Of a stretch of DNA of 64,000 bases, positions 10,159 through 18,594 are shown in pieces. The notes beneath the pieces are model-generated. The model was not told the DNA's origin, made no database searches, and saw only the letters and a program-made list of their open reading frames with translations. Source of the DNA: Patescibacteria group bacterium. GTDB lineage: Bacteria; Patescibacteriota; WWE3; UBA101185; UBA10185. Location: the NCBI GenBank assembly GCA_049322215.1, contig JBMORU010000001.1:324023-388022 (forward strand), read 5' to 3'. The translations under genes and the position numbers were made by a program. Positions within the stretch are counted from its first letter, which is position 1; each line of letters starts with the position of its first letter.

Positions 10159-10635
10159 ATGTTTTCACCATTGTTCATTCTAATTGGTGTTGTCGTTGCT
10201 TTACTTAGTAAACAAAAACAGCAGCAGTATGGTTTAGGTATGAGGTTGCTTTCTCTAATTTTCGTCTTAGGTATGCTGATTGCTTTGCGTGTAGTTACTC
10301 AGCTTGACTACTTCGCATATGCTGGTCTTGGGTACAGTGTTGTTAAACTTGTTTTACTTTACCAGCAGGTACAAAGTGAGGCTGTTCGCGTAGGGCCAAA
10401 AGGTGCCTATTTTGTGCATACTAAAAGTACTTTAGGCCAACGACCCATATATAAAATCGTACGCGCTTTTAAGGTATACCCGGTTTATGGTCACTACATT
10501 GGTATTGATCGCGAAAAAAACCGCGCTTTATTTGGTTACTATAATGAAAAAGGAGATTTTATAAAATCGGCACTTTCTCCTTGGGATTTTGTAACCATCG
10601 AGCACATAAACCGCGAGCGGCGTATTTTCAACTAA
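10159..10635 (+). CDS. Hypothetical membrane protein (158 aa)
   Basis: Two N-terminal hydrophobic helices and an RBS aaggagag. No recognisable motif; not RbfA despite its position. Confidence 0.5.
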   Translation: MFSPLFILIGVVVALLSKQKQQQYGLGMRLLSLIFVLGMLIALRVVTQLDYFAYAGLGYSVVKLVLLYQQVQSEAVRVGPKGAYFVHTKSTLGQRPIYKIVRAFKVYPVYGHYIGIDREKNRALFGYYNEKGDFIKSALSPWDFVTIEHINRERRIFN

Positions 10636-10653
10636 GACAAAAAGGAGTAGAAA

Positions 10654-11157
10654 ATGTCTGGGTTAGTACTGTTATTTACGACTTTGCTTGGAGTGGCTAT
10701 TGGTTACAAAGTTTTTGTGCTGGAGCCAACTTACACTGATGCGGGTTTGTTTATAAGGGGCAAAATTACCCTAGCGCTGCTAGTTGCTATGGGAGTGGCG
10801 TGTTTTATAAGCATTTACATAACAAGTGTACTATTGGGTTCTATAATTATCTGGGTACTTGAAAATTATAAAACCCTAACTCAAATATCGCCGTTGCTCA
10901 ACAAAAGAGGCATGTCGTTTGTTACGTCAAAATCGTACCATGTTTCGTATGCCCTTTTAATAAAGCCAAATGATACTGCTGGTACGCTAGTGGTGGTTCT
11001 TACTAACACTCCTGACAAATGGCCCGCCACCGTAGTTGATGCTGTAGTTTGGGCAGAAAATTCTACCTACAGTGACGCTAATGTTGAAGTTCCTGGTGAA
11101 AGTATTTACCAAGTAGGTAAGTATGATCTGATTCGAATGATGCATAAGCGCTTCTAA
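10654..11157 (+). CDS. Hypothetical membrane protein (167 aa)
   Basis: RBS aaaggag. Two or three TM helices followed by a soluble C-terminal domain. Followed by a strong terminator. Confidence 0.5.
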   Translation: MSGLVLLFTTLLGVAIGYKVFVLEPTYTDAGLFIRGKITLALLVAMGVACFISIYITSVLLGSIIIWVLENYKTLTQISPLLNKRGMSFVTSKSYHVSYALLIKPNDTAGTLVVVLTNTPDKWPATVVDAVVWAENSTYSDANVEVPGESIYQVGKYDLIRMMHKRF

Positions 11158-11162
11158 TTACT

Positions 11163-11210
11163 AAAGCATGTGACCTTAAATACATAAAATATAAGGTCAC
11201 ATGCTTTTAT
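11163..11210 (+). terminator. Rho-independent terminator with a perfect 16-bp stem (aaagcatgtgacctta / taaggtcacatgcttt)
   Basis: Perfect inverted repeat with a 13-nt loop followed by ttt, immediately after the stop at 11157. Confidence 0.7.
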
Positions 11211-11252
11211 CCAATAATTTGACTCTATAAGTCCTCTATAATATAATCCACT

Positions 11253-11957
11253 GTGGCTCAAAACTTTAAACCCACAAGTAATTCGTATTCCATGCCCAAT
11301 AAAGTTACTAATATGCAAGTAGATGACTTCAGTGTAGGTCAAATTTCTAAATTAATACAAGATGCAAAAGAGATTGCCGTTATACCTTCGGAAGGTTCTT
11401 CTATTGATGGTTTTTGTGCAGCTGTTGGTTTGTATCAAATGCTAAGGCGCAAAAAGAAGGATGTGCACTTTGTTTTTACTAAAAAACGACCTGAAGAAGC
11501 AAAAGACATAATCTCATTAGGGGAAATAACCTCTAACATTTCTCAGAGAGAACTTACAGTTAGTATTAACTATGCAAGTACAACTGCTGCAAAAGCTAAA
11601 TATTCTACAGAAAATGACGTACTAAAAGTTACTTTAGGTCCTGTTCCTAAAGAGTTTGATTTAAGTAATATTACATCAGAAATAACTGGCTACGATTTTG
11701 ATTTAGTATTTGTTTTGGGAGCAAAAAAGTTGGAAGATTTAAATGATATATATTCTTCATTAAAAGAAGAAATAAAAAAGGCAAAGGTTGTGAACGTAGA
11801 TATTTCTAAACATAATTCCCGTTACGGTACAGTGAATATTATAGATAACGAAGCCGATTCATTAAGCTTTTTAGTTTTTAATAAAGCGCCTTTATGGGCT
11901 TTAAAACCAGATAAAAAAGCAGCTAAATCTTTGCTAACAGGCTTATCTGTAGCCTAA
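11253..11957 (+). CDS. DHH-superfamily-like protein with degenerate catalytic motifs (NrnA-like N-terminal domain only, 234 aa)
   Basis: Resembles the NrnA/DHH N-domain layout (IAVIPSEGSSIDGFCAAVGLYQML ... VVNVDISKHNSRYGTVNIID ... LLTGLSVA), but DHH is replaced by SKH and no DHHA1 domain follows. Sits where rbfA/truB normally precede rpsO. Confidence 0.45.
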   Translation: MAQNFKPTSNSYSMPNKVTNMQVDDFSVGQISKLIQDAKEIAVIPSEGSSIDGFCAAVGLYQMLRRKKKDVHFVFTKKRPEEAKDIISLGEITSNISQRELTVSINYASTTAAKAKYSTENDVLKVTLGPVPKEFDLSNITSEITGYDFDLVFVLGAKKLEDLNDIYSSLKEEIKKAKVVNVDISKHNSRYGTVNIIDNEADSLSFLVFNKAPLWALKPDKKAAKSLLTGLSVA

Positions 11958-11961
11958 ACAG

Positions 11962-11989
11962 TTGATTTCTTGCCGTATTTTGTTAAAAT
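11962..11989 (+). promoter_or_regulatory. Putative promoter for rpsO (TTGATT, 16 nt, TAAAAT)
   Basis: Hexamers read from the sequence. About 14 nt upstream of the corrected rpsO start. Confidence 0.3.
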
Positions 11990-12002
11990 TGCTATTGCAT
12001 TT

Positions 12003-12272
12003 ATGTCTCTAAATAAAAATGATAAAAACAACATAATAAAATCTTCTAGATTACATCAAGAAGACACAGGTTCCCCTGAGGTTCAAGTTGCAATACTTTC
12101 AGAAAGAATAACGAAACTATCTGATCATCTAAAAGTGCACAAAAAAGATAATCACTCTAGAAGAGGACTGTTACAACTCGTAAATAAACGCAGACGTCTT
12201 TTAACATTCCTTAAAAATAAAAATGAAGAGCGATATCAATCACTTTTAGAAAAGTTAGAACTTTCTAAGTAA
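12003..12272 (+). CDS. rpsO: 30S ribosomal protein S15 (89 aa). The track ORF begins at 11970, but the conserved N-terminus MSLNKNDK... begins at 12003
   Basis: S15 signature ([51 protein letters not shown]). Canonical rpsO-pnp order. Confidence 0.85.
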   Translation: MSLNKNDKNNIIKSSRLHQEDTGSPEVQVAILSERITKLSDHLKVHKKDNHSRRGLLQLVNKRRRLLTFLKNKNEERYQSLLEKLELSK

Positions 12273-12350
12273 AGTATTCTTGATATTATAGGTAATAAGA
12301 TAATAAATTAATCGGGGAGTGTATTGTTTGTAGAGATTAGGAATTGCAAT

Positions 12351-12372
12351 GATTTATCACTTTTGATAAATC
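12351..12372 (+). promoter_or_regulatory. Perfect 9-bp hairpin in the rpsO-pnp intergenic leader (gatttatca cttt tgataaatc)
   Basis: Read from the sequence. No U-tract, so this is more likely an RNase III-type processing or autoregulatory hairpin of the pnp leader, as in E. coli, than a terminator. Confidence 0.3.
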
Positions 12373-12415
12373 CTTACACCTCTTAATCTCAAGCTGTGCA
12401 TTTTCTCAGTAAAAA

Positions 12416-14620
12416 ATGAATAACAAAATAATAAAAAAAGAAATTGAGTTTGCCGGAAAAAAAATCACTCTTGAAACTGGTAAATTAGCTCCCATGTCAA
12501 ATTTGGCTGTAAAAGCAAGCTATGGTGACACTGTAATGCTTATCACAGCAAACTCTGGCGGGTATAACCCTGAGCTAGATTTTTTCCCATTAATGGTTAA
12601 TTACAATGAAAAGTTGTATGCAAGTGGAACTATTAAATCTTCTAGATTTGTAAAACGTGATGGACGTAGCACTGATGATGCTATTATTACAGGCCGTTTA
12701 TGCGATCATGCAATTCGTCCCTTGTTTCCTAGTGATTTCAGTGACGAAACACAAATTGTAGGTTCTGTAATGTCTTTGGAAGAAGATGCCGACGCAACAT
12801 TTTTATTTTTAAATGCTGTATCAGCTACTTTACAAGCTTCAACTATTCCTTGGAACGGCCCTATGCTTACAGCACGCGTTGGGTATATTAACAATGATTA
12901 CGTACTAAACCCAACAAGACATCAATTACATGATGAATCTACTTTGGATATGACTGTTTCATTTGTGGGTAAAGAAATGAAGTTTTTAGCTATAGAAGCT
13001 GAAGCTAATGTTTTACCTGAAAATGTTATTTTAGGCGCAATTGAGTTTGCAAGAAATGGCTTGAAACCTATTTATGACTTAATCGAAGACTTCGCTAAAG
13101 CAGTGAATCCTAAACATGAAAAGTTTGGGTACGAATCTGTAGCTTTAGAAGAAGACTTAACTAAAGATGTTCACGCTATTGCAAAAGAAAAAGTCATAAA
13201 ATTAATGCAGTCTGGTTTAGACAAGGTAGAAATGTCAACCAAACTAAGTGAACTTTTTGAAGAAGTTTACACTTCACTAGAAGGTAAATACAAAAAAGCT
13301 CGTATTGAAAAGGCTTTTTACGATATTGAAAAACACGCCTTACAACAAATGATTTTAGATCAAGGTAAACGCCCTGATGGTAGAGCTATAGACGAAGTTC
13401 GCCCCATAACCGTTGATATAGATGTTTTGCCTAGAGTACACGGTAGTGGTTTATTTACACGTGGTGTTACTCAAGTAATGACTATTGCAACTTTAGGTTC
13501 TCCATCGGATGAAATGTTGGTTCAAGATATGTACGGCGAAGTTTCTAAAAAATATATGCACTTTTACAACTTTCCTCCTTATGCAAGTGGTGAGATAGGA
13601 AGAGTAGGCGGTTTTCCTAAAAATAGAGAAATTGGTCATGGGATGCTTGCTGAGAAAGCACTAAAACCCGTATTGCCTGACACAAAAGATTTTCCTTACA
13701 CAATAGTATTGGTATCTGAAACATTATCATCAAGCGGTTCTACCTCTATGGCGGCTACTTGTGGTTCTACGTTGGCATTAATGGCTGCCGGTGTTCCTAT
13801 TAAAGATATGGTTGCCGGCATAGGAGTAGGTTTAATAGTTAACGACGATATGAGTAAACAGTTAATTATGACCGACTTAGCTTACATGGAAGATGCTTTT
13901 GGATTCTTAGACTTTAAAATGACTGGTACAAGAAATGGTGTTACTGCAATTCAGTGTGACATGAAAGCTGAAGGTATACCCATGGATTTACTTCCAAAAA
14001 TATTTGAGCAGTCAAAAGCTGGTAGATTACATGTTTTAGACAAAATGGAAGAAGTAATTAAGGAACCAAGAAAAGAAGTAAGTGAATATGCACCTAAATC
14101 AGCAATGACAAAAATTGATCCTGATAAAATTGGTATGGTAATTGGCCCAGGCGGAAAGGTAATTAAAGAGCTTCAGGAGCGTACTTCAACAGACATTTCT
14201 ATAGAAGAAGACGGTACAGTTGTTGCTACTGGTTTTTCACCCGAAGGTGTTGCAGAAGCCATAGCGCATATTGATGGAATGACTAAAGATGTTGAGGTTG
14301 GTGAAATTTACGATGGTGTAGTTAAAGAAATAGTAGACTTTGGTGCATTTGTTCAAATATTACCTGGTAAAGATGGCTTATTACATGTAAGTGAGATTTC
14401 TTCGGAATATGTTGATGATGTACGAAATGTGTTGTCTGAAGGACAAGAAGTACGTGTAAAAGTCATAAAAACTGAGGATGGAAAAGTAAGCTTGTCTAAA
14501 CGTGCTATTGATGACCCCGAAGGATATGAAAAGGCTGCTTCTAGGCCAAGTAACCGTGGTGGAAATAATAGAAGAGGTGGTCGCTTCAATGACAGAAAAG
14601 GACGTAACAACCGAAGATAA
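12416..14620 (+). CDS. pnp: Polyribonucleotide nucleotidyltransferase (PNPase) with a C-terminal RGG/RN-rich tail
   Basis: Two RNase PH domains plus KH (GMVIGPGGKVIKELQ) plus S1. 734 aa. Confidence 0.95.
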   Translation: MNNKIIKKEIEFAGKKITLETGKLAPMSNLAVKASYGDTVMLITANSGGYNPELDFFPLMVNYNEKLYASGTIKSSRFVKRDGRSTDDAIITGRLCDHAIRPLFPSDFSDETQIVGSVMSLEEDADATFLFLNAVSATLQASTIPWNGPMLTARVGYINNDYVLNPTRHQLHDESTLDMTVSFVGKEMKFLAIEAEANVLPENVILGAIEFARNGLKPIYDLIEDFAKAVNPKHEKFGYESVALEEDLTKDVHAIAKEKVIKLMQSGLDKVEMSTKLSELFEEVYTSLEGKYKKARIEKAFYDIEKHALQQMILDQGKRPDGRAIDEVRPITVDIDVLPRVHGSGLFTRGVTQVMTIATLGSPSDEMLVQDMYGEVSKKYMHFYNFPPYASGEIGRVGGFPKNREIGHGMLAEKALKPVLPDTKDFPYTIVLVSETLSSSGSTSMAATCGSTLALMAAGVPIKDMVAGIGVGLIVNDDMSKQLIMTDLAYMEDAFGFLDFKMTGTRNGVTAIQCDMKAEGIPMDLLPKIFEQSKAGRLHVLDKMEEVIKEPRKEVSEYAPKSAMTKIDPDKIGMVIGPGGKVIKELQERTSTDISIEEDGTVVATGFSPEGVAEAIAHIDGMTKDVEVGEIYDGVVKEIVDFGAFVQILPGKDGLLHVSEISSEYVDDVRNVLSEGQEVRVKVIKTEDGKVSLSKRAIDDPEGYEKAASRPSNRGGNNRRGGRFNDRKGRNNRR

Positions 14621-14686
14621 GTGCTAAAATTAACTTAATGCTATTTTTGTGCTGCCCTAGAGTAGTAAGTTATTTGAATATTTGTT

Positions 14687-15607
14687 ATGTCTAGAGTTTG
14701 CTCTAACTGTAATTCTACTTTAGGTAATTACGATAGTTTTTTCTGTTCTGAGTGCGGAAATTTGTTGCCCGAAAATGTAGTGCGTATTGATCCTGGTTTA
14801 CGTACAAAGGTTTTTGAGCCCCAATATCAAAAAGTTGCAAGTAAACACTCAAATAACTTAAATAAAGTATTTAATAAATCTACTGTTAAACTATTTCTAA
14901 CACTACTTCCGTTATTTTTATTAGCCGTTGTTTTATACTTAGGCATTCCATTTATAAACGCTTTAATAAACACAAAAACCTTGTCTGTTGAATTAGTTGA
15001 ATTACCTACAAACCTTAGTGTTATAGAGGTAGAAAATGATTTACATGAGGATTTTTTTGGAGCTGATTTAATTGACTCGTATGTTCCGTTTGATGCTGAC
15101 TTATATGTTGAAATCAATGATTTACAAGGTGTACTAAATAGTTATGTGCAAGATACTTCTTTAGGTGATGACTTTTCTAAAGAGTTTTTATCTCAGGTCA
15201 GCGATCATTTTGCTATATTTGCTATAGTTGACGAAAGTAATGTTTCTTGGGGAGCTGTGTTTATACCAAATTCTCCTGATGAAATAGCAACATTAGTAAA
15301 CTCGGTAGAAAACTCAACATGGAAATTTAAACTAATTGGTAACAGATTAATTGTTGCAAACAATGATCAAATTTTTAACGAAGTTGAGGCTGTTAGCACT
15401 AAACTTAGTAGGAGCTTATCATTAAATCCTTCTTATGCTAGGGTTAAAGCAGTACTTCCAAAAAGCGGTAAGTCGCTGATTATGTTTGTTGGTGATGAGG
15501 GTTTTCAATCTCTTAATACTATAAATCCTAATAGCGTAACACCTGAAATGCTTGATATTATTAATTTGGTTGCAGAATCAAATCTGCAGGCAGTTGTTAT
15601 TAAATAA
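14687..15607 (+). CDS. Zinc-ribbon (CxxC...CxxC), single-TM protein with a large extracytoplasmic domain (306 aa)
   Basis: N-terminal CSNCNS...CSECGN ribbon, a TM helix at about aa 65-90, and a C-terminal domain rich in N-glyco-like NxS/T. The stop is 2 nt from the next ATG, suggesting a co-operonic pair with the Lon-like ATPase. Confidence 0.55.
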   Translation: MSRVCSNCNSTLGNYDSFFCSECGNLLPENVVRIDPGLRTKVFEPQYQKVASKHSNNLNKVFNKSTVKLFLTLLPLFLLAVVLYLGIPFINALINTKTLSVELVELPTNLSVIEVENDLHEDFFGADLIDSYVPFDADLYVEINDLQGVLNSYVQDTSLGDDFSKEFLSQVSDHFAIFAIVDESNVSWGAVFIPNSPDEIATLVNSVENSTWKFKLIGNRLIVANNDQIFNEVEAVSTKLSRSLSLNPSYARVKAVLPKSGKSLIMFVGDEGFQSLNTINPNSVTPEMLDIINLVAESNLQAVVIK

Positions 15608-15609
15608 TT

Positions 15610-16734
15610 ATGGTAGCAGAAAATACAATTTCATTAACAGATCAAGATAATACAAATTCAAAAGATGCTGAATTTATTTTTGACGAATTGGCACAAGTAG
15701 CAAAAAAAGTTGAACTATGTCCCGAGCTTCCACAAGATTTAAAAGAACGCGCAGACCAGTTTCTTAACAGATTAAACCGTATGGCACATACAGGTGTGTA
15801 TGGTGCCGAGTTTGATACCATTTCACACTATATTGATGTCATAACTTCTATTCCATGGAATAAATATACAGAAGACAATTTAGATTTAGCGAGAATGAAG
15901 CAACAGCTTGATGCAGGACATTATGGTATGGAAGGAGTTAAAAATCTTATTTTAGAATACATGGCAACCATGCGTTTGCTTAAAGAGCGAAGCGAAATTG
16001 GAGAAGCGCCACGTGCTCCAATACTGCTTTTAGTAGGATTGCAAGGTGTTGGTAAAACCACTATTGCTATTTCTTTAGCAAAGGCTATGGGTAGAGAGTA
16101 TGTTCGTATCGCTATGGGAGCTATCGGAAGTGTTTTGGAAATAAGGGGAAAAAGTAAGGCGTTACCAAGCGCCGAACCTGGTCAAATAATTAAGGGTTTA
16201 ATGAAAGCTAAAGTTATGAACCCACTTATACTTCTTGATGAAATTGAAAAAGCTAGCGGTCAAGAAGGAACGCGAAGTGATATTATGGCTTCTTTACTTG
16301 AAATTTTGGATCCTAGCCAAAATATTGCTTTCAGAGACCATTATGTTGATTACCCTGTTAATTTATCAAAAGCTATGTTTATGTGTACTGCAAACAACAC
16401 AGGCACTTTGTCTGCAGCACTAATGGACAGAATGCACGTTGTAAAAATGCCTTCATATACTGACGAAGAAAAAATTGTAATCTCTCGAGATTACTTGCTG
16501 CCAGGAATTTTGAAGAACAATGGTTTAAAACCAGAGGAGATGCAGATTGACCCAAATTTATGGCCCTCTATTGTTAGACCTTTTGGGTTTGACTCAGGAA
16601 TCAGAAGTTTGGGTAGGACGTTAGAGGCTATGTGTCGTAAAGTTGCAAAAGAACTTGTAGAGGGTAAACACACTGGGGTTTATATAACTGCTGAAAACCT
16701 TAAAAACTATTTGCCCGATACGAGTATAAGATAA
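15610..16734 (+). CDS. Stand-alone Lon-type AAA+ ATPase module with no protease domain and no Lon N-domain
   Basis: Collinear with E. coli Lon residues about 330-600. Matches include YIDVITSIPWN, DAGHYGMEGVKNLILEYMA, Walker A GLQGVGKTT, Walker B LILLDEIEK, LLEILDPSQNIAFRDHY, sensor TANN and LMDRMHVV. The ORF ends exactly where the Lon S-K protease domain would start. Confidence 0.7.
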   Translation: MVAENTISLTDQDNTNSKDAEFIFDELAQVAKKVELCPELPQDLKERADQFLNRLNRMAHTGVYGAEFDTISHYIDVITSIPWNKYTEDNLDLARMKQQLDAGHYGMEGVKNLILEYMATMRLLKERSEIGEAPRAPILLLVGLQGVGKTTIAISLAKAMGREYVRIAMGAIGSVLEIRGKSKALPSAEPGQIIKGLMKAKVMNPLILLDEIEKASGQEGTRSDIMASLLEILDPSQNIAFRDHYVDYPVNLSKAMFMCTANNTGTLSAALMDRMHVVKMPSYTDEEKIVISRDYLLPGILKNNGLKPEEMQIDPNLWPSIVRPFGFDSGIRSLGRTLEAMCRKVAKELVEGKHTGVYITAENLKNYLPDTSIR

Positions 16735-16739
16735 AAAAG

Positions 16740-17372
16740 ATGTCTACAAAAAAATCTACAAAAAGCAAAGGTTTAACCGCGCCTTTAAACGTGGTTTATG
16801 TTTTAGTTTTAGTACTTTTAGCTAGTTTGTTTGGAAATGCTTATCAATATGCTAAAAGTAATCACTTATATCGTTTTGCAGAAGATGCTGTAAACAGTAA
16901 TCCATTATTAACAGGCGTAAACCCAGCTAAACCGATACCAGGTAAACCCTGGACTTTAGTTGGTAAGAGTTTAGGTAGTAAAAAAGGTCAAGTGGTTTTT
17001 AAGCATGAAAACGAAACTATACCTGCAAAAGTAGAATTTTGGAGTGATGTTCAAATTCTTGTTAAAGTACCTGAAAATTTAAAAATTGACACTACTTATC
17101 TAGTAGAAGTGTCTACAGTAGAACAAAGAACAAATGGAGATACATTAACCTTTCCTATAATTTGGGAAAACGGTGGGGAGTATACAACAGATTCGGATCA
17201 CTATTTATACACAGTTCAAACAGGTGATTCTTTATATAAAATAGCCAGAGATGAATTAGGTAGTGAAGCACGCTTTGAAGAAATCATAGAATTGAATAGA
17301 GTAAGCTATCCTGGTTTGTCTCAATACAGCCCTTTGTCTTTAGGGATGGAACTAAAATTACCAAATGAATAA
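16740..17372 (+). CDS. Membrane-anchored protein with a C-terminal LysM domain
   Basis: N-terminal TM helix and a C-terminal LysM-like segment (YTVQTGDSLYKIARDELGSEARFEEIIELN). The last 8 nt overlap the next gene. Confidence 0.6.
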   Translation: MSTKKSTKSKGLTAPLNVVYVLVLVLLASLFGNAYQYAKSNHLYRFAEDAVNSNPLLTGVNPAKPIPGKPWTLVGKSLGSKKGQVVFKHENETIPAKVEFWSDVQILVKVPENLKIDTTYLVEVSTVEQRTNGDTLTFPIIWENGGEYTTDSDHYLYTVQTGDSLYKIARDELGSEARFEEIIELNRVSYPGLSQYSPLSLGMELKLPNE

Positions 17373-18009
17373 AAAAGCTTTAATTGCTCAAGTAGAAGCC
17401 AATGTTAAAAACTGTTCAAAATGCCGTTTATGTGAAACGGCATTAAATGCTGTTCCTGGGGAAGGGAATATAAATTCAAAAATTGTTTTTATTGGAGAAG
17501 CTCCTGGAGCAACAGAAGACAAAACAGGTCGTCCTTTTGTTGGGCGTGCCGGAAATTTATTGGAAACATTATTAAATGAAATAGGTTATAAAAGAGAGGA
17601 TGTTTGGATTGGTAATATAATAAAACACCGTCCTCCCAATAATAGAGACCCCTTACCTGACGAAATTAAAGCATGTGAAGGTTATTTGGCAATGCAGTTA
17701 AAGGCTATAGATCCGTGGGTGGTTGTTACCTTGGGTAGATTTTCTATGAACTATTTTTACAAAGATGGAAAAATAACTAAAGATCACGGTCATCCGAGGA
17801 AAATAGGTGATTTAGTTTTATATCCTGTTTATCATCCTGCAGCTGCTCTACGCAATAAAAGTTTTGCAGATGCTTTAAGAAAAGACTTTAAAAGAATACC
17901 TAAGCTTATGGAGTATCTTAATAAGAATGGTTTTGGGAAAAGATCTAGTGATAAAACTCCCACCTCGGTAAGTGAAACCATTGATGGGCAATTAGGTTTA
18001 AGTTTTTAA
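17365..18009 (+). CDS. Uracil-DNA glycosylase, family 4 (Fe-S type)
   Basis: CSKCRLCE...GEGN...IVFIGEAPGATED..GRPFVGRAG...HP are UDG family 4 motifs. Confidence 0.8.
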   Translation: MNKKALIAQVEANVKNCSKCRLCETALNAVPGEGNINSKIVFIGEAPGATEDKTGRPFVGRAGNLLETLLNEIGYKREDVWIGNIIKHRPPNNRDPLPDEIKACEGYLAMQLKAIDPWVVVTLGRFSMNYFYKDGKITKDHGHPRKIGDLVLYPVYHPAAALRNKSFADALRKDFKRIPKLMEYLNKNGFGKRSSDKTPTSVSETIDGQLGLSF

Positions 18010-18010
18010 A

Positions 18011-18532
18011 ATGACTTCCATTAACTTAGATAAACTTAATGATTTGCGTAAACAGGGCTTTAGGCCTGTGGTTGTTGCAGCTATAGTGAAAAATTACAAA
18101 ATACTTATGTTTTATCATAAAAAATACTCAGTTTGGATGTTACCACAAGGGGGTATAAGCAGTGGAGAATTACCGCAAGAGGCATTACAAAGAGAACTTT
18201 CGGAAGAAATAAACTATACTTTTGTTGAAAATTTAAGATTTCCAGCAAAGCTTTTCCACGAACACAGATTAAAATTTCCACGCCACCAGCATGGCTCTCG
18301 TACCTTATTTGATGACTCTGGCGTTTATTATGAAATGAAAGGTAAGCACTATTTATTTCATGTTTTAGAGGCTATAGCACCTGTAAATACCCTAGCGGAA
18401 GAATTTGATGATGCCGCGTGGTTAGGCTATGAAAATGCACGTAATCTAGTGTTAGAGATGCCTCAAAAAAATAAAAAAGACATTATTTTAAAACTACTTG
18501 ATATGCTAGTTTCTGCAAACTATATAAAATAA
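18011..18532 (+). CDS. Nudix hydrolase
   Basis: Nudix box GGISSGELPQEALQRELSEEIN (Gx5Ex7REUxEExGU). Confidence 0.75.
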   Translation: MTSINLDKLNDLRKQGFRPVVVAAIVKNYKILMFYHKKYSVWMLPQGGISSGELPQEALQRELSEEINYTFVENLRFPAKLFHEHRLKFPRHQHGSRTLFDDSGVYYEMKGKHYLFHVLEAIAPVNTLAEEFDDAAWLGYENARNLVLEMPQKNKKDIILKLLDMLVSANYIK

Positions 18533-18594
18533 GGGTGTATAGCTTTGCTTGGTTAAGGTAAAATATAATAGTGAGAGAACGATATTAGTAAAAT

